64,000 nucleotides of DNA from positions 50,736-114,735 of the IMG/VR virus record IMGVR_UViG_3300027969_000058; one strand, written 5' to 3'. Positions 8,889 to 18,743 of this stretch are shown here, in pieces (the first letter of the stretch is position 1; every line of letters starts with the position of its first letter). This stretch comes from a virus. The notes beneath the pieces were generated by a model. That model was not told the DNA's origin, ran no database searches, and saw only the letters and a list, made by a program, of their open reading frames with translations. A program made the translations under genes and the position numbers.

Positions 8889-11246
8889 TTATAGTTTACA
8901 ACTTTCGCAGTCCTCTTCGAATAGGTCTAATTCGCTAATAACGCCATTACGACCGTTAAGAGAGTGCCCATTAACATATGACTCAGCAATAGCATCTACT
9001 AAAACTTTGCTACCTGCTTTGTTAATTAAACTATAGTAAAACGTTTTCAATCCCCAGTAGTGACTTTGCATCAAGTTCTTAGCAATCAACGTAGTTGGTA
9101 CTTTACGATCTGGAAAATGTGCAGGATTATAGAATGTATTAGTTGAAATACTTTGATCAACGTAGGCAGCAATAACTGCGGCTGTTTTTAAATAGCCGTC
9201 GCAGTTTTTTTGTTCCCACATTAGTTGATACTTGTTCTTCAATTTGTGATACTCAGGAACAACTTGTGTAAATGATCCTGCTTTGCTTTCTTTTGTACTA
9301 ATCAAGCTCATAGGCATTTCAATACCATTAGTACTGTTGATAACAACACTACTTGATTCAACTGGAGCAACTGCCATTTGTGTAGCATTACGAACACCAT
9401 GTTCTTTCATGTTAACACGCAAGGTTTCCCAATCAAGTTCTGGAGTAAAGTCTGCAAGCTCATTAACACCTGTAGCACGTAGTTCCCAGGGAAAGGTGCC
9501 TTGACCATATCGTGTACGATCACTGCCTTCACAACGGCCGCGTTCTTTAGCCAGTTCAACCGATGCCTCAGTTAGGTAGTAGGATTGATGTTCCATCCAT
9601 GTTTTAACTTCAGCTAAAGAGTCTTGCTCTCCATACTTAAGACTTCGCTTGGCATGCCAGTAAGCAAGATTAGTGATACCAATTCCCAATGGGCGGATTT
9701 CATCATTGCTTAACTTCGACTGAATTGATAAGAAATCTTGATAGTCCAGTATATTATTGAGGCTTCTATGTAAAATGCGACAAGCCCTGCGCATATCTTC
9801 AGGATTACGGAAGGCTCCCCAATTAATGGAACCAAGAGTGCATAAAGCGATGCGGCCATCAGCATCATCGAGACGCTTAAAAGACTTAGTAGGTAATAAT
9901 ATTTCACAGCATAGGTTACTCTGGTAAATTGTATGATACTCAGGATCAAATGGTCCTTGTTTCATCACGTTGTCAATAAACACAAGATAGATACGTCCTG
10001 TGTCAGTGCGCTCTTTTAGTATGCCACTTTTGAATACTTCTTCAGCACTCATAGTCTTAGTACGCAGGCCCGGAGTACGTTCGTACTTTACATACAGCTC
10101 TTCAAAACGAGCCGTGTTTTGATAGAAGGCTTCGTACAAGTCAGGTACTTCGTTGGGATCAAAGAATGTTATTTGTTCTTTGTTTTTAAATCGTCTCCAG
10201 AAGAAAGCACTAAGCACAACCCCATAATCCATATGACGGACTCGGGTTTCTTCTGTTCCTTGGTTGTTCTTAAGCACAATAAGATCATCAAACTGGTGAT
10301 GCCAAATAGGATAAAATACAGTAGCACTTGCATTACGAATACCTCCTTGTGAACATGATCGTAAATCTCCGAACCATTTCTTTAAGAAAGGTATCATACC
10401 AGTATGCATGATTTCGCCACCTCTGATGGGACTACCCAGGGGACGTAGTCTGCCAATCTCTAAACCAATGCCCGCACGTTTACTGGCATACTTGGCCATC
10501 ATTTCACCAGAAGCGAAAATACTATCCAAGTCATCATCACTGCGAATAAGTACGCACGAACTGAATTGCTTAGTAGGGGTACCGAGACCAGCAAGGACAG
10601 GGGTAGCAAGAGTAAATAATCCATCAGATGCTGCATTGTAGTATTCCTTTATATATTTCATTCGAGCACTGTTAGGCTCTTCTTTGTGAAATACTGTTGC
10701 GGCAGCGATCATATATCTAATCTGAGGAGTCTCGTATGTTTGTTTAGTACTACGGTTTTTAACTAAGTATTTCTCTATTAATTGTTCAATAGCGGCATAA
10801 CCATACTGCTCATCTTTGCTATGATCCAGCATGTCATTCATCTTGTTCCAGTCTTCTTCACCATACCATTCCAGTAGCTCTGCTGTGTATAAGCCAGTGG
10901 CCACATTGGTCTTTACAATCTCGTAAAGGTGAGGAGGTTCGTAACTGCCATAAACATCCTTACGCAACATTGATACTCGTTGCTTGCCTGCTACGTATTG
11001 ATAGTTAACATGCCCAACATCTGGATTTGATTCTACGTCGATCAAATCAACGATTGCTCGCAGTGTAATTTCGTCAATTTCTTTAGTTGTAATACCGTCA
11101 TAAAAATGAGGCTGACTTTTAATTTCAATCATTGACTGACTAACATCTGCTATACTACTACATACTTTTGCAATTTGTGTTTGCCATTTTTCAATTGTCA
11201 GCGTTTCTTTTGCTCCGCTTCTCTTAATTACAGTTATGTTAGTCAT
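8889..11246 (-). CDS. nrdA: Class Ia ribonucleotide reductase alpha subunit
   Basis: ATP cone (VIKRSG), TPVLAG, SSC, SNLCCEI, LKTFYY, C-terminal CESCKL. Confidence 0.98.
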   Translation of the reverse strand: MTNITVIKRSGAKETLTIEKWQTQIAKVCSSIADVSQSMIEIKSQPHFYDGITTKEIDEITLRAIVDLIDVESNPDVGHVNYQYVAGKQRVSMLRKDVYGSYEPPHLYEIVKTNVATGLYTAELLEWYGEEDWNKMNDMLDHSKDEQYGYAAIEQLIEKYLVKNRSTKQTYETPQIRYMIAAATVFHKEEPNSARMKYIKEYYNAASDGLFTLATPVLAGLGTPTKQFSSCVLIRSDDDLDSIFASGEMMAKYASKRAGIGLEIGRLRPLGSPIRGGEIMHTGMIPFLKKWFGDLRSCSQGGIRNASATVFYPIWHHQFDDLIVLKNNQGTEETRVRHMDYGVVLSAFFWRRFKNKEQITFFDPNEVPDLYEAFYQNTARFEELYVKYERTPGLRTKTMSAEEVFKSGILKERTDTGRIYLVFIDNVMKQGPFDPEYHTIYQSNLCCEILLPTKSFKRLDDADGRIALCTLGSINWGAFRNPEDMRRACRILHRSLNNILDYQDFLSIQSKLSNDEIRPLGIGITNLAYWHAKRSLKYGEQDSLAEVKTWMEHQSYYLTEASVELAKERGRCEGSDRTRYGQGTFPWELRATGVNELADFTPELDWETLRVNMKEHGVRNATQMAVAPVESSSVVINSTNGIEMPMSLISTKESKAGSFTQVVPEYHKLKNKYQLMWEQKNCDGYLKTAAVIAAYVDQSISTNTFYNPAHFPDRKVPTTLIAKNLMQSHYWGLKTFYYSLINKAGSKVLVDAIAESYVNGHSLNGRNGVISELDLFEEDCESCKL

Positions 11247-11309
11247 ATTTTATTCTCAGTGTCTTTCTTACTGCTCATGCAGTACAATATTTTTAATTTA
11301 GAAAACTAT

Positions 11310-11744
11310 TTAGTGAAGAGGTGGCATCACATATATCTTTAAATTGGATAGCGTTTTTGGTAGGGTTTTAGCGGGAATCCAGCCGGTTTCGTCGAAGCCG
11401 TAGACCTTATCATTTATGTATAACAAATAATACACTGTTTTATTGATTATGTCAATAGATATTTTTATCAAAGGTTTAGCGTTTTCAAAGTGCGTAGTTA
11501 ATTGTAGAGTGTAACAGATTGCCAGTATAATATTGAATTGACAATATTCATTTTCATCTATGAGTTCCCACGGTGTGGGCCAACGACTTTGATCATATGG
11601 ATCGGTATAAACTTTTACGTGGGGTAATTTTTTAAAATATAAATGAACATCATCCAATGGAGTAGATGATGTTTCGAGTTGTTGCCTAAATGCAAACCAA
11701 TCTGCAAGACGCTGTGCTGTTTTTTGCTCGATTGGTTTGAACAT
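11310..11744 (-). CDS. Conserved phage hypothetical protein
   Basis: DPYDQSRWPTPWELI motif; TAATG coupling. Confidence 0.7.
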   Translation of the reverse strand: MFKPIEQKTAQRLADWFAFRQQLETSSTPLDDVHLYFKKLPHVKVYTDPYDQSRWPTPWELIDENEYCQFNIILAICYTLQLTTHFENAKPLIKISIDIINKTVYYLLYINDKVYGFDETGWIPAKTLPKTLSNLKIYVMPPLH

Positions 11745-13687
11745 TAACTAAGTGCAGAGTAGGCATAGGTGAATGTGCTGGTATTGTCACCTGTGTTGGC
11801 ATTGGTATAATAAATTACTATTGATTTAATACTTGAACTTGTAACTAAGGATGCTTGTAATAATAAATTACTGTCTTCACCATCTGCACCTACATACTCA
11901 TACTCGTCAACAAGTTGAACATTGTTATTAGTTTTGTCAACTGCAATATGTAACGTGCCTTTTTTCATCTGTGTGTATTCAGTACTTTGAAAAACATAGT
12001 CAATTTTAAAACCAGACGATGTGTTCAACGGAAAGCGTACAAGTATTGCAGGGGAGGTAGTTGGCAATAATGTAATTGTATTTGTTTTAGTTTCCTGAAA
12101 TAATACATGACCTTCAACTTCGGGTAAGTATGCTTCTGATAGATTATGTGTTGCTAAATCATTAATTACATTACCTTGGTCGGCTCGGTCAAAGCTGTCT
12201 TGGCTTGAGCTGTTGCCTGCTGACAAGAATGAAATTTGTGCGTACACATTATTGCTGTTACCGCCAAAGTTGTTACCTACGTTGACAAATGTATTCCCGA
12301 TAGATCGATTGCCATAGCCTGTTTCAACAATAATACCCTGTTGACAAACTTTGTCAAATAAGCTGTTTGAAATGATATTCTTTCTTGGGCCATAATCTGT
12401 AGAGCCTTCGCCAAATCCAATACCTTTGTATAGCGTTTTAAAAATACAGCCTTCAAACTGATTGTTAATAATATCGGTATTAGAGTATATTGCGTAAGTA
12501 AATCCTTCTGCTTGAAATCCAGTAAACTTATTACGTTCGCAAGTAACCAACGAGCTCTTAGCAGTCATTTCCAATGCCACGCTGTTGTCGATAGGGGTAC
12601 CAGGACTCCAAGGAGCAGCGTCTGGAAGTAAGTCAGGAGTCCATGGACCCAGAGCTTTAATATTAATAAATTCGCTATCCTTAACATTTTTAAAGTCGAA
12701 TGCTCTTACAGAAGTTAAGTTAGTTGCAACTGAAAAATCCTTAAACAAAATATTCTTAGGTTGATTATTAGCAGTAGTGGACCCATCAGTTCCTTTTGTT
12801 ACTTTAGTAGATGTGTCATTAATAAATGTAAATGCTGATACAGTGTTGAATACTGGATATGTTGCCGAAGTTGACGACAATGTAAATGTTAAATCGTTAG
12901 CAGGAGTACTGCCACCTAATGCGTTTCCTAAGATTTTAATTGTATCACCAACCGCATACCCGCTGCCGCTGTGTACTATAGAAAAATTCATAGATGCGGC
13001 TGCATAAGAAGTGCCTGTGCCAGTTTTAGTAACTGTGATAATTGCTCCGGAACCCGAGCCTGTAAGTGTTGTTGTAGCACAATTAGTATATGTACCTGCG
13101 GTTGTTACACTGGTACCTGCTCGAGTTAAAGTAGTTTCCGTATTGATACCACCTTTGATAAAATTAAACACAGTTTTGCCAATGCCACTGCCCACTAATC
13201 GAACATTGCTTGGAATGTACAATGTGCCAGTAATCTTATATGTACCAGGGTCGAATTCCAATGCAACTTTATTAGCAACTGGGGTAGTGTTTGCGTATAA
13301 ATTCCAGATTGCGTTTTGTATTAGTGCAGTTTGATCAGCATCTGCGTCGAGCCCGCTAACTCCAAAACTGCCTGCGTTAACTGCGCCTTCATCAAGTCTC
13401 TCTTGCAAAGTGCGCTCTATAATATTACCGTTAAGCCCTGTTAAGATTGAAGTATCATTAGGTTTATATTGATACTGTTCTAACAAGTCAAGAATGTTAT
13501 CGTGCTCTGTAAGCACTTTGGTATTTCCAACAGCTGGGGAGCCTTCCGATACAGCACCATTCCCAATGTAAAGTTCTTGGGTGTCGATTGCCCAAGCTAA
13601 TTCGCCGCTGGCAAGTTGAGGAAGCCCAGTCCCTTCATTCTTTTTTCCGCGTCTTAGCTGTATGCGACTTATCTGTACTACGGCCAT
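11744..13687 (-). CDS. Fibre/spike protein: Mtd-N-like anchor plus pectate-lyase-like beta-helix
   Basis: IQLRRG...LASGELAWAIDTQELYIG; FDPGTYKITGTLYIPSNVRLVGSG; N-rich beta-helix; late motif upstream. Confidence 0.75.
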   Translation of the reverse strand: MAVVQISRIQLRRGKKNEGTGLPQLASGELAWAIDTQELYIGNGAVSEGSPAVGNTKVLTEHDNILDLLEQYQYKPNDTSILTGLNGNIIERTLQERLDEGAVNAGSFGVSGLDADADQTALIQNAIWNLYANTTPVANKVALEFDPGTYKITGTLYIPSNVRLVGSGIGKTVFNFIKGGINTETTLTRAGTSVTTAGTYTNCATTTLTGSGSGAIITVTKTGTGTSYAAASMNFSIVHSGSGYAVGDTIKILGNALGGSTPANDLTFTLSSTSATYPVFNTVSAFTFINDTSTKVTKGTDGSTTANNQPKNILFKDFSVATNLTSVRAFDFKNVKDSEFINIKALGPWTPDLLPDAAPWSPGTPIDNSVALEMTAKSSLVTCERNKFTGFQAEGFTYAIYSNTDIINNQFEGCIFKTLYKGIGFGEGSTDYGPRKNIISNSLFDKVCQQGIIVETGYGNRSIGNTFVNVGNNFGGNSNNVYAQISFLSAGNSSSQDSFDRADQGNVINDLATHNLSEAYLPEVEGHVLFQETKTNTITLLPTTSPAILVRFPLNTSSGFKIDYVFQSTEYTQMKKGTLHIAVDKTNNNVQLVDEYEYVGADGEDSNLLLQASLVTSSSIKSIVIYYTNANTGDNTSTFTYAYSALS

Positions 13688-13713
13688 AAATATCCCCTAT
13701 ATTGGATATTTAT
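13686..13713 (-). promoter_or_regulatory. Late-type promoter inside an RBS-occluding inverted repeat
   Basis: ATAAATATCC-N8-GGATATTTAT; 3' arm covers part of SD and AT of ATG. Confidence 0.7.
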
Positions 13714-14402
13714 CCGTTTTCTTTGTAGTACTGATCTACTCTATTACACCACTGTTCTGTCCAGTAGTCAAAGTCTTTGGGTTCAAGTATAAATTCCTGA
13801 TACTGGAAATCTTTACTACACATTAGAATAACTCCTTTGCGTATGTTTGTACCGTAGACTTCGTTGTGCGCCAGTGCATAGGCTGTAAGCTGTAGAAAAT
13901 AGTCTCCAATCCACTCAAGTTTTTTAGGTTTATTTGTTTGTTTATAATCTAAAATACTTTGATCGCCTTCATGCACTCCTACACAGTCAGTAGTACCCGC
14001 ATATAGTTCCGGAAAGTATAACGGAACTTCGTTACCCCATACTTCGTTTACTCTATTGGTCATGCCCTGATCGACAATGATCTTAGCCATAGCATGACTT
14101 TGCTGGCTGAAGGGATTAGTACCTGGGTCAGTTAAGAAACCTTGAGTAACATAGTCTTCAAGATATTTGTGCATACGTGTTCCGCGATTGGCGGCTTCGG
14201 TTACAATCTCTTGAGCTTTAACTTCTCCTACGCTTTTTTTCCAACGTGCAAGTGCTTCACGTGCCTCTGCAGGCTTAGTTTTATCAAGTACTGTGGTAAC
14301 AGAAGGAACTCGATGTCCTTCTGGTGTAGAGTATAATCTACGTCCGTTTACTTGTTGTCTTTCTACTGGTTTATATTGGTAACGTTCTATTAATAATGTC
14401 AT
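13710..14402 (-). CDS. PD-(D/E)XK exonuclease
   Basis: PSVTTVL, RGTRMH, E..L, AGTTD, ILDYK, QLTAYALA. Confidence 0.9.
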   Translation of the reverse strand: MTLLIERYQYKPVERQQVNGRRLYSTPEGHRVPSVTTVLDKTKPAEAREALARWKKSVGEVKAQEIVTEAANRGTRMHKYLEDYVTQGFLTDPGTNPFSQQSHAMAKIIVDQGMTNRVNEVWGNEVPLYFPELYAGTTDCVGVHEGDQSILDYKQTNKPKKLEWIGDYFLQLTAYALAHNEVYGTNIRKGVILMCSKDFQYQEFILEPKDFDYWTEQWCNRVDQYYKENG

Positions 14403-14407
14403 AGTAC

Positions 14408-14436
14408 ATTATATAGCATTACCACAGTAAGGTCAA
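14408..14436 (-). promoter_or_regulatory. sigma70 promoter, leaderless transcript
   Basis: TTGACC-N17-TATAAT, 5 nt before ATG 14402. Confidence 0.8.
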
Positions 14437-14744
14437 CCTAATTTTTTTGCGGCTGCTCGTTTTGCTGAAGTATTAACAGCGTTTTTGGCTTTTTGCTTAT
14501 CACCAACTGTGCCGGGTTCTTGTTTCTTAGCTTTAGTTTTGATAGTTATACCATTTTCGTCAAAGTTATCAACAATATTTTTTAACTCGGGAGTGGAATC
14601 AAATTGAGCCTTAAAGGCATCATAGTCAACATCTTGACCTGTTACATTCTGCATCATTTTGGAAACTGCTGGCCAGGCGAACTGTGCTGTTACGCCCTTG
14701 CTATCGGCCCTGCTTTGTAAGTTAGTAAGGATGCGGATAATCAT
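14433..14744 (-). CDS. Hypothetical protein, probably made as -1 frameshift extension of upstream gene
   Basis: In -1 frame of 14759..15676; own ATG lies in a 10-bp hairpin. Confidence 0.7.
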   Translation of the reverse strand: MIIRILTNLQSRADSKGVTAQFAWPAVSKMMQNVTGQDVDYDAFKAQFDSTPELKNIVDNFDENGITIKTKAKKQEPGTVGDKQKAKNAVNTSAKRAAAKKLG

Positions 14745-14768
14745 ATCCGCATCTTCATTTACTTTTTT
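14730..14768 (-). other. Programmed -1 ribosomal frameshift signal
   Basis: A_AAA_AAG (14768-14762), 8-nt spacer, hairpin GATGCGGATA-TGAT-TATCCGCATC (14753-14730). Confidence 0.75.
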
Positions 14769-15676
14769 TTTGAACTAAGGATAGTGCCTAATCTACGGCT
14801 GTATTCAATACTTTCACGTTTTGCTCGGCCTGCTGCTTCTTCGCCGCCTGTTGCTGGTTCGCTTGCTGCAAATGCATCGCCTGCGCCTGTGTCTGGCTCG
14901 CCCATTGTTGAAGGCATCTCTCCGCCTAAGTCTGACATAGGAGCAGCGCCACCCGCACCCATTGGTGCTTCTTCGCCTGTTAGGATACTAACTGCCTGAG
15001 CCAACGTTGTACGATGGCTTTCTAAACTTGTATATAATTCTTCTAATGCTGGTTTAACTTTATCGCTAAATTGTTGGCTGATATCGCTACCTAATTCGTC
15101 TCTTATAGAGTCAACTAATTCTAACATTGATTCTGCTTTCATGCCGGACACATCTTCGAGCCAGCCTGTAATACGGTCGACCATATCACGAGCACTCATA
15201 ATTAGAGCTGCTTTTTCTTCTTCGCCTTCTGTTAATGTACGCTCACTTAGTACGCCACGTAACACTTCTAATGCCTCTTCGATACTTTCTTTCTTTGCCA
15301 TCTTAGTTGCTGTGACGTCTTTAACTTTCTCAGCATCTTTGCCAAACTTCTTTTTAAATGTACCGTCCGCTGCATCCATGCCTTTCTTAAACTTGGCCTT
15401 CTTGCTCTTCTCAGCTTCTGAAAGAGTACGCTCTTTAATTTCTTGGCGAACAACACCGAGCATAGCTCTGTGCTTTTGATATTCGTTGTTTTCTAAAACA
15501 CTGTCAAAACTATTAGTTTTTTCAAATGTTCCAAGTTTTTCTGAAAGTTGTAGTTGTACTTGGGAAAGTTGTGCATCGCTGAACTTGTTAAGTGTCAAGC
15601 GATAACCAAACTTATTGGCTAAACTTTCGTTAAGTGTATCACTGCTGATTTTATTCGATAATTCTCTGATTTGCAT
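14759..15676 (-). CDS. Probable prohead core/scaffold-like head protein
   Basis: Helical, E/K-rich, LxE sites (LNE, LSE, LTE); MQIREL N-terminus; TAAATA at 15705-15710. Confidence 0.55.
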   Translation of the reverse strand: MQIRELSNKISSDTLNESLANKFGYRLTLNKFSDAQLSQVQLQLSEKLGTFEKTNSFDSVLENNEYQKHRAMLGVVRQEIKERTLSEAEKSKKAKFKKGMDAADGTFKKKFGKDAEKVKDVTATKMAKKESIEEALEVLRGVLSERTLTEGEEEKAALIMSARDMVDRITGWLEDVSGMKAESMLELVDSIRDELGSDISQQFSDKVKPALEELYTSLESHRTTLAQAVSILTGEEAPMGAGGAAPMSDLGGEMPSTMGEPDTGAGDAFAASEPATGGEEAAGRAKRESIEYSRRLGTILSSKKK

Positions 15677-15712
15677 GTTAGCATCCTAAAAGACTTGTTA
15701 TTGTTATTTATG

Positions 15713-16144
15713 TCAAAACATAGATTTAAACTTAGCGGCAATTTTTGTTTTAGCTTGTCTTGCTCGGGAGTCTGTGAGTTCCCAGCGCCACAAGGCAAGG
15801 TCGCGTCTGTCTAAATCTTTAACTGTAATGTATCTATGTTTAAAAATAGTAGCATCTGTTGCGTTCTGCTGATAACTACTATCTAATTGTTTTATTTCAT
15901 TGTAGGCTGTTAATTTATTAATACTAAAATATTTAGCTGCCATTAATGCGCAGGCCTTAAGGTTAAACTTATCAACTAAGTAACCTCCAATCCTGAGTAA
16001 ATTCCAGGTTCCTTGGTTATTTCGCTTAATTCTAAATCCAGCGTAAACCAAACTACCATCATTTAGCAATGCCACTGGTAATTCTTTCTTAAATTCTTCT
16101 TCAAGAAAGTTCTCTAATTTTTCCGCTTGTTTTTTAAAATTCAT
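15713..16144 (-). CDS. Hypothetical phage protein
   Basis: MNFKKQ start overlapping upstream stop. Confidence 0.65.
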   Translation of the reverse strand: MNFKKQAEKLENFLEEEFKKELPVALLNDGSLVYAGFRIKRNNQGTWNLLRIGGYLVDKFNLKACALMAAKYFSINKLTAYNEIKQLDSSYQQNATDATIFKHRYITVKDLDRRDLALWRWELTDSRARQAKTKIAAKFKSMF

Positions 16145-16334
16145 TGGCAATTACCTTAGGATTACTGTCTCCTATCTTAATTACCAAACTTTTGCGTATG
16201 AGGCCTTCGATTATGAATTGATCATGCTCGTTAAAACTATTTAGGTAAGACACAGATTCAAGACGCCTAAGCATGGCATCTTCTTCTCGTGTAGTCCAAA
16301 TTACAAAATTGCCAATTAACTCGTTAATTTTCAT
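16134..16334 (-). CDS. Small hypothetical protein, head cluster
   Basis: MKINELI N-terminus; ATGA overlap. Confidence 0.7.
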   Translation of the reverse strand: MKINELIGNFVIWTTREEDAMLRRLESVSYLNSFNEHDQFIIEGLIRKSLVIKIGDSNPKVIANEF

Positions 16335-17155
16335 AATCCTGCCATCTTACGTATATGGGAAATATCTTCTACCGGTGAAGCTGATACTGCTACGTCTTTG
16401 CCTACAAAGTTAGGCTTAACGTCTGCACCGCCTGGACCACCTTGCCCTGGCATTTGTAATTGTAATTTGCCAGTTTCATCTTGCGAAATTTTTGGTGCGT
16501 TAGGATTGGTTTTATCAATCTGTGTTTGAACACCGGTTGTTGGATTTTGCAGGACGGTCTGCTTGTCATCATCCTTGGCTACTTTTAGCATGCCGCTTTC
16601 TTCGTCCACTGTGTCATCTGCCTTGCCAAAAGGATGCACTTCTGCCCACTGTGTGCCTTGCTTCTGTACCCATTTACCAGGTTTAAACTTACTGCGAATA
16701 ATGCCGTGTAACTTCAATGCTTGCTCTGGGGTATCTCTAAATCCTTGGGCGCGAGCTTCACGCTCAACTTGATTAGAAACCATTTTCTTTTTAAGTCTGC
16801 CATCGGCATAAATGTAAAGTAAATTAGATTCGTCACTCATGTCTCTTTCACGTCGACCAAACCCTGTTTCGCTGGATTGTTTATCTCTGTCATATGCAGA
16901 TGCACTGCCTTGACTGCGATATAGTGCTTCTTGTTCAGTGCTTTCGCGTTCCATACGATCGTTATAGTCGTTGGCCATTTGTTCTTTCTTGTCTAAATAA
17001 TTTTGATATCTCTGTTGATCACGCTCAGTTGCATCTGGTGCGTCTGCTTTGGCCTTTAGATAGGTAGCATGTGATTGATCTAATGATCGACGGTGTTGTG
17101 CAGCCACACTGTTTGGATTATATGCTTCCGCTGGTTTAATTTGATTTACTTTCAT
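16331..17155 (-). CDS. Probable head-internal protein
   Basis: Charged, low complexity; C-terminal IRKMAGL. Confidence 0.55.
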   Translation of the reverse strand: MKVNQIKPAEAYNPNSVAAQHRRSLDQSHATYLKAKADAPDATERDQQRYQNYLDKKEQMANDYNDRMERESTEQEALYRSQGSASAYDRDKQSSETGFGRRERDMSDESNLLYIYADGRLKKKMVSNQVEREARAQGFRDTPEQALKLHGIIRSKFKPGKWVQKQGTQWAEVHPFGKADDTVDEESGMLKVAKDDDKQTVLQNPTTGVQTQIDKTNPNAPKISQDETGKLQLQMPGQGGPGGADVKPNFVGKDVAVSASPVEDISHIRKMAGL

Positions 17156-17868
17156 TTGTGTTCTCCAAGGCTCAGTGCCTTATCTTGTAATTTATATAAG
17201 TGCTGTTGTAATTGTCCAATAAAGCCTTTAGCACGTAACACTTTAAATGCTACATTCTCTACACTGAACTCACCACCTTGTTCTAATCCTGACTGACGCA
17301 ATTTTTTAATTTCTTGTTGCACTTCTTTAGCTTCTTCAAAACTATCAGTAGTAAGTGCCTGCATTATTTTATTTAAGTAATTCTCAACTTTTGCAGTAAC
17401 GTCGCTGTCGCTGATTTTAATAGTGCTCATAGTTGGTTCACTAAGCCACTTGTTGTCAAGTATACTGTAGACTCCAAGACTGTGATGCTCTTGACTATCT
17501 GGTTGTACATATAACTCTACGTCAATGCCTTTGATTTTAATATCGTGTATATGATTATACTGATTTTTCTTTGCATCGTAAAGCGGTTTGAGTAATAGCT
17601 CTCGTTCAGCGGGTACTGTAACTATTAAGTGTAAATCTAAATCGCTTTGTGGAGTGTAGGAATATGCTGCGTTGGATCCTGATATTGTAACATCTTTGAG
17701 CAATAGTTCAGGGATATCTATGAATTCGATAAAATGTTTTGCTATTTGTAATAGCTTATATCTTATCTGGGGATGTAGTATACTACCTTGCCATAAGAGA
17801 GGATTCAGTTCTTTATGAAATTGAACAGCTGAGTCGACTATGCCTTCTGTGAATTCTCTTATATACAT
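17152..17868 (-). CDS. Pol-beta-superfamily nucleotidyltransferase
   Basis: ISGSNAAYSYTPQSDLDLHL (GS...DxD), VELYVQ; MYIREFTE N-terminus. Confidence 0.8.
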   Translation of the reverse strand: MYIREFTEGIVDSAVQFHKELNPLLWQGSILHPQIRYKLLQIAKHFIEFIDIPELLLKDVTISGSNAAYSYTPQSDLDLHLIVTVPAERELLLKPLYDAKKNQYNHIHDIKIKGIDVELYVQPDSQEHHSLGVYSILDNKWLSEPTMSTIKISDSDVTAKVENYLNKIMQALTTDSFEEAKEVQQEIKKLRQSGLEQGGEFSVENVAFKVLRAKGFIGQLQQHLYKLQDKALSLGEHK

Positions 17869-17887
17869 CGTGCATTATTTAACAGAA

Positions 17888-18235
17888 TTATAAGCCGAGG
17901 AACTTTAATACATGTGGGAAGTTAATAGCGTTGATCCAGCCTGCGCCTGCGGCAAACGCTAAACCTGCCATAGCATACAGTGTGACTTTGTTTTTGATTT
18001 TTTCTAAACCGTTGATCTTTTCAAAGATCTCGTCGTGTTGCTTGTTGCTGGCATCTGCCATCTCACACAGTTTCTTGTCCAGCAAGTCACGGGTGTTGTC
18101 CAAACAATCGTGCATGTCTTTGACGTCTGCCTTGAGTTCGTCAAGTTTACTTTCTATTTGGTGTACTTTGGTTTCAACTACCGCTACACGCTCTGGTAAC
18201 GTAGCCAATTGTGCTACTGCTTCTTTTGTGGCCAT
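17888..18235 (-). CDS. Coiled-coil protein with C-terminal TM (XhlA/holin-like)
   Basis: ERVAVVETKV coiled coil then LYAMAGLAFAAGAGW; GGAG RBS before ATG 18235. Confidence 0.55.
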   Translation of the reverse strand: MATKEAVAQLATLPERVAVVETKVHQIESKLDELKADVKDMHDCLDNTRDLLDKKLCEMADASNKQHDEIFEKINGLEKIKNKVTLYAMAGLAFAAGAGWINAINFPHVLKFLGL

Positions 18236-18335
18236 AATTAGGCATTCTCCAATGTTATAAGTCAGGGGTTCGCTCAGAACCATGTGCCTACTGTATGATT
18301 GAAATGCCTAATGTGTAAAATGCCTACTGTTATAT

Positions 18336-18743
18336 TTAGCTTCTTAAGTAAAAAACAATATTTCGAGATGCCCCATCGGTTACAAATACATTGTAGTTTT
18401 GTTCAATACTTTCGCTAAGTCCTGCGATATACGGTACTCCGTTAAAGTCAGTTATCATATAGCCTACAGGATTCTCGTTATGTTCAAATAATCGATCACG
18501 TTCTGTATAAAAGTCAAATGCCCATATTCTAATAATTTCGTTAGTATTAAATCCTAATGCAGTGCCAACGCTGTTGATTAACTGTGGCGGAGTAGTAAAC
18601 GATATATTTGCCCTAATACCAAGTGTTTGTATAACTGTTTGAAAGTTTTGTTCTTTCCAGCGTAATTCTTCTTTGCCCAGTTCGCTTCTATATTGCCCGG
18701 TATGTGTAATATCAACTGTGGTGTATAAACTGTAATTCATCAC
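18336..18743 (-). CDS. Conserved phage hypothetical protein
   Basis: TTVDITHTG, EQNFQT, GVPYIAGLSE; TAAATA just upstream. Confidence 0.7.
   Translation of the reverse strand: MMNYSLYTTVDITHTGQYRSELGKEELRWKEQNFQTVIQTLGIRANISFTTPPQLINSVGTALGFNTNEIIRIWAFDFYTERDRLFEHNENPVGYMITDFNGVPYIAGLSESIEQNYNVFVTDGASRNIVFYLRS

Noticed and set aside
7585-11246. Intron/intein in nrdA or nrdB
   Set aside because: Both are normal length and uninterrupted.
11744-13687. Diversity-generating retroelement target
   Set aside because: Only an Mtd-N-like anchor; no reverse transcriptase or TR/VR pair seen.
13710-14402. Cas4
   Set aside because: Lacks the four-Cys Fe-S motif; ordinary phage PD-(D/E)XK exonuclease.
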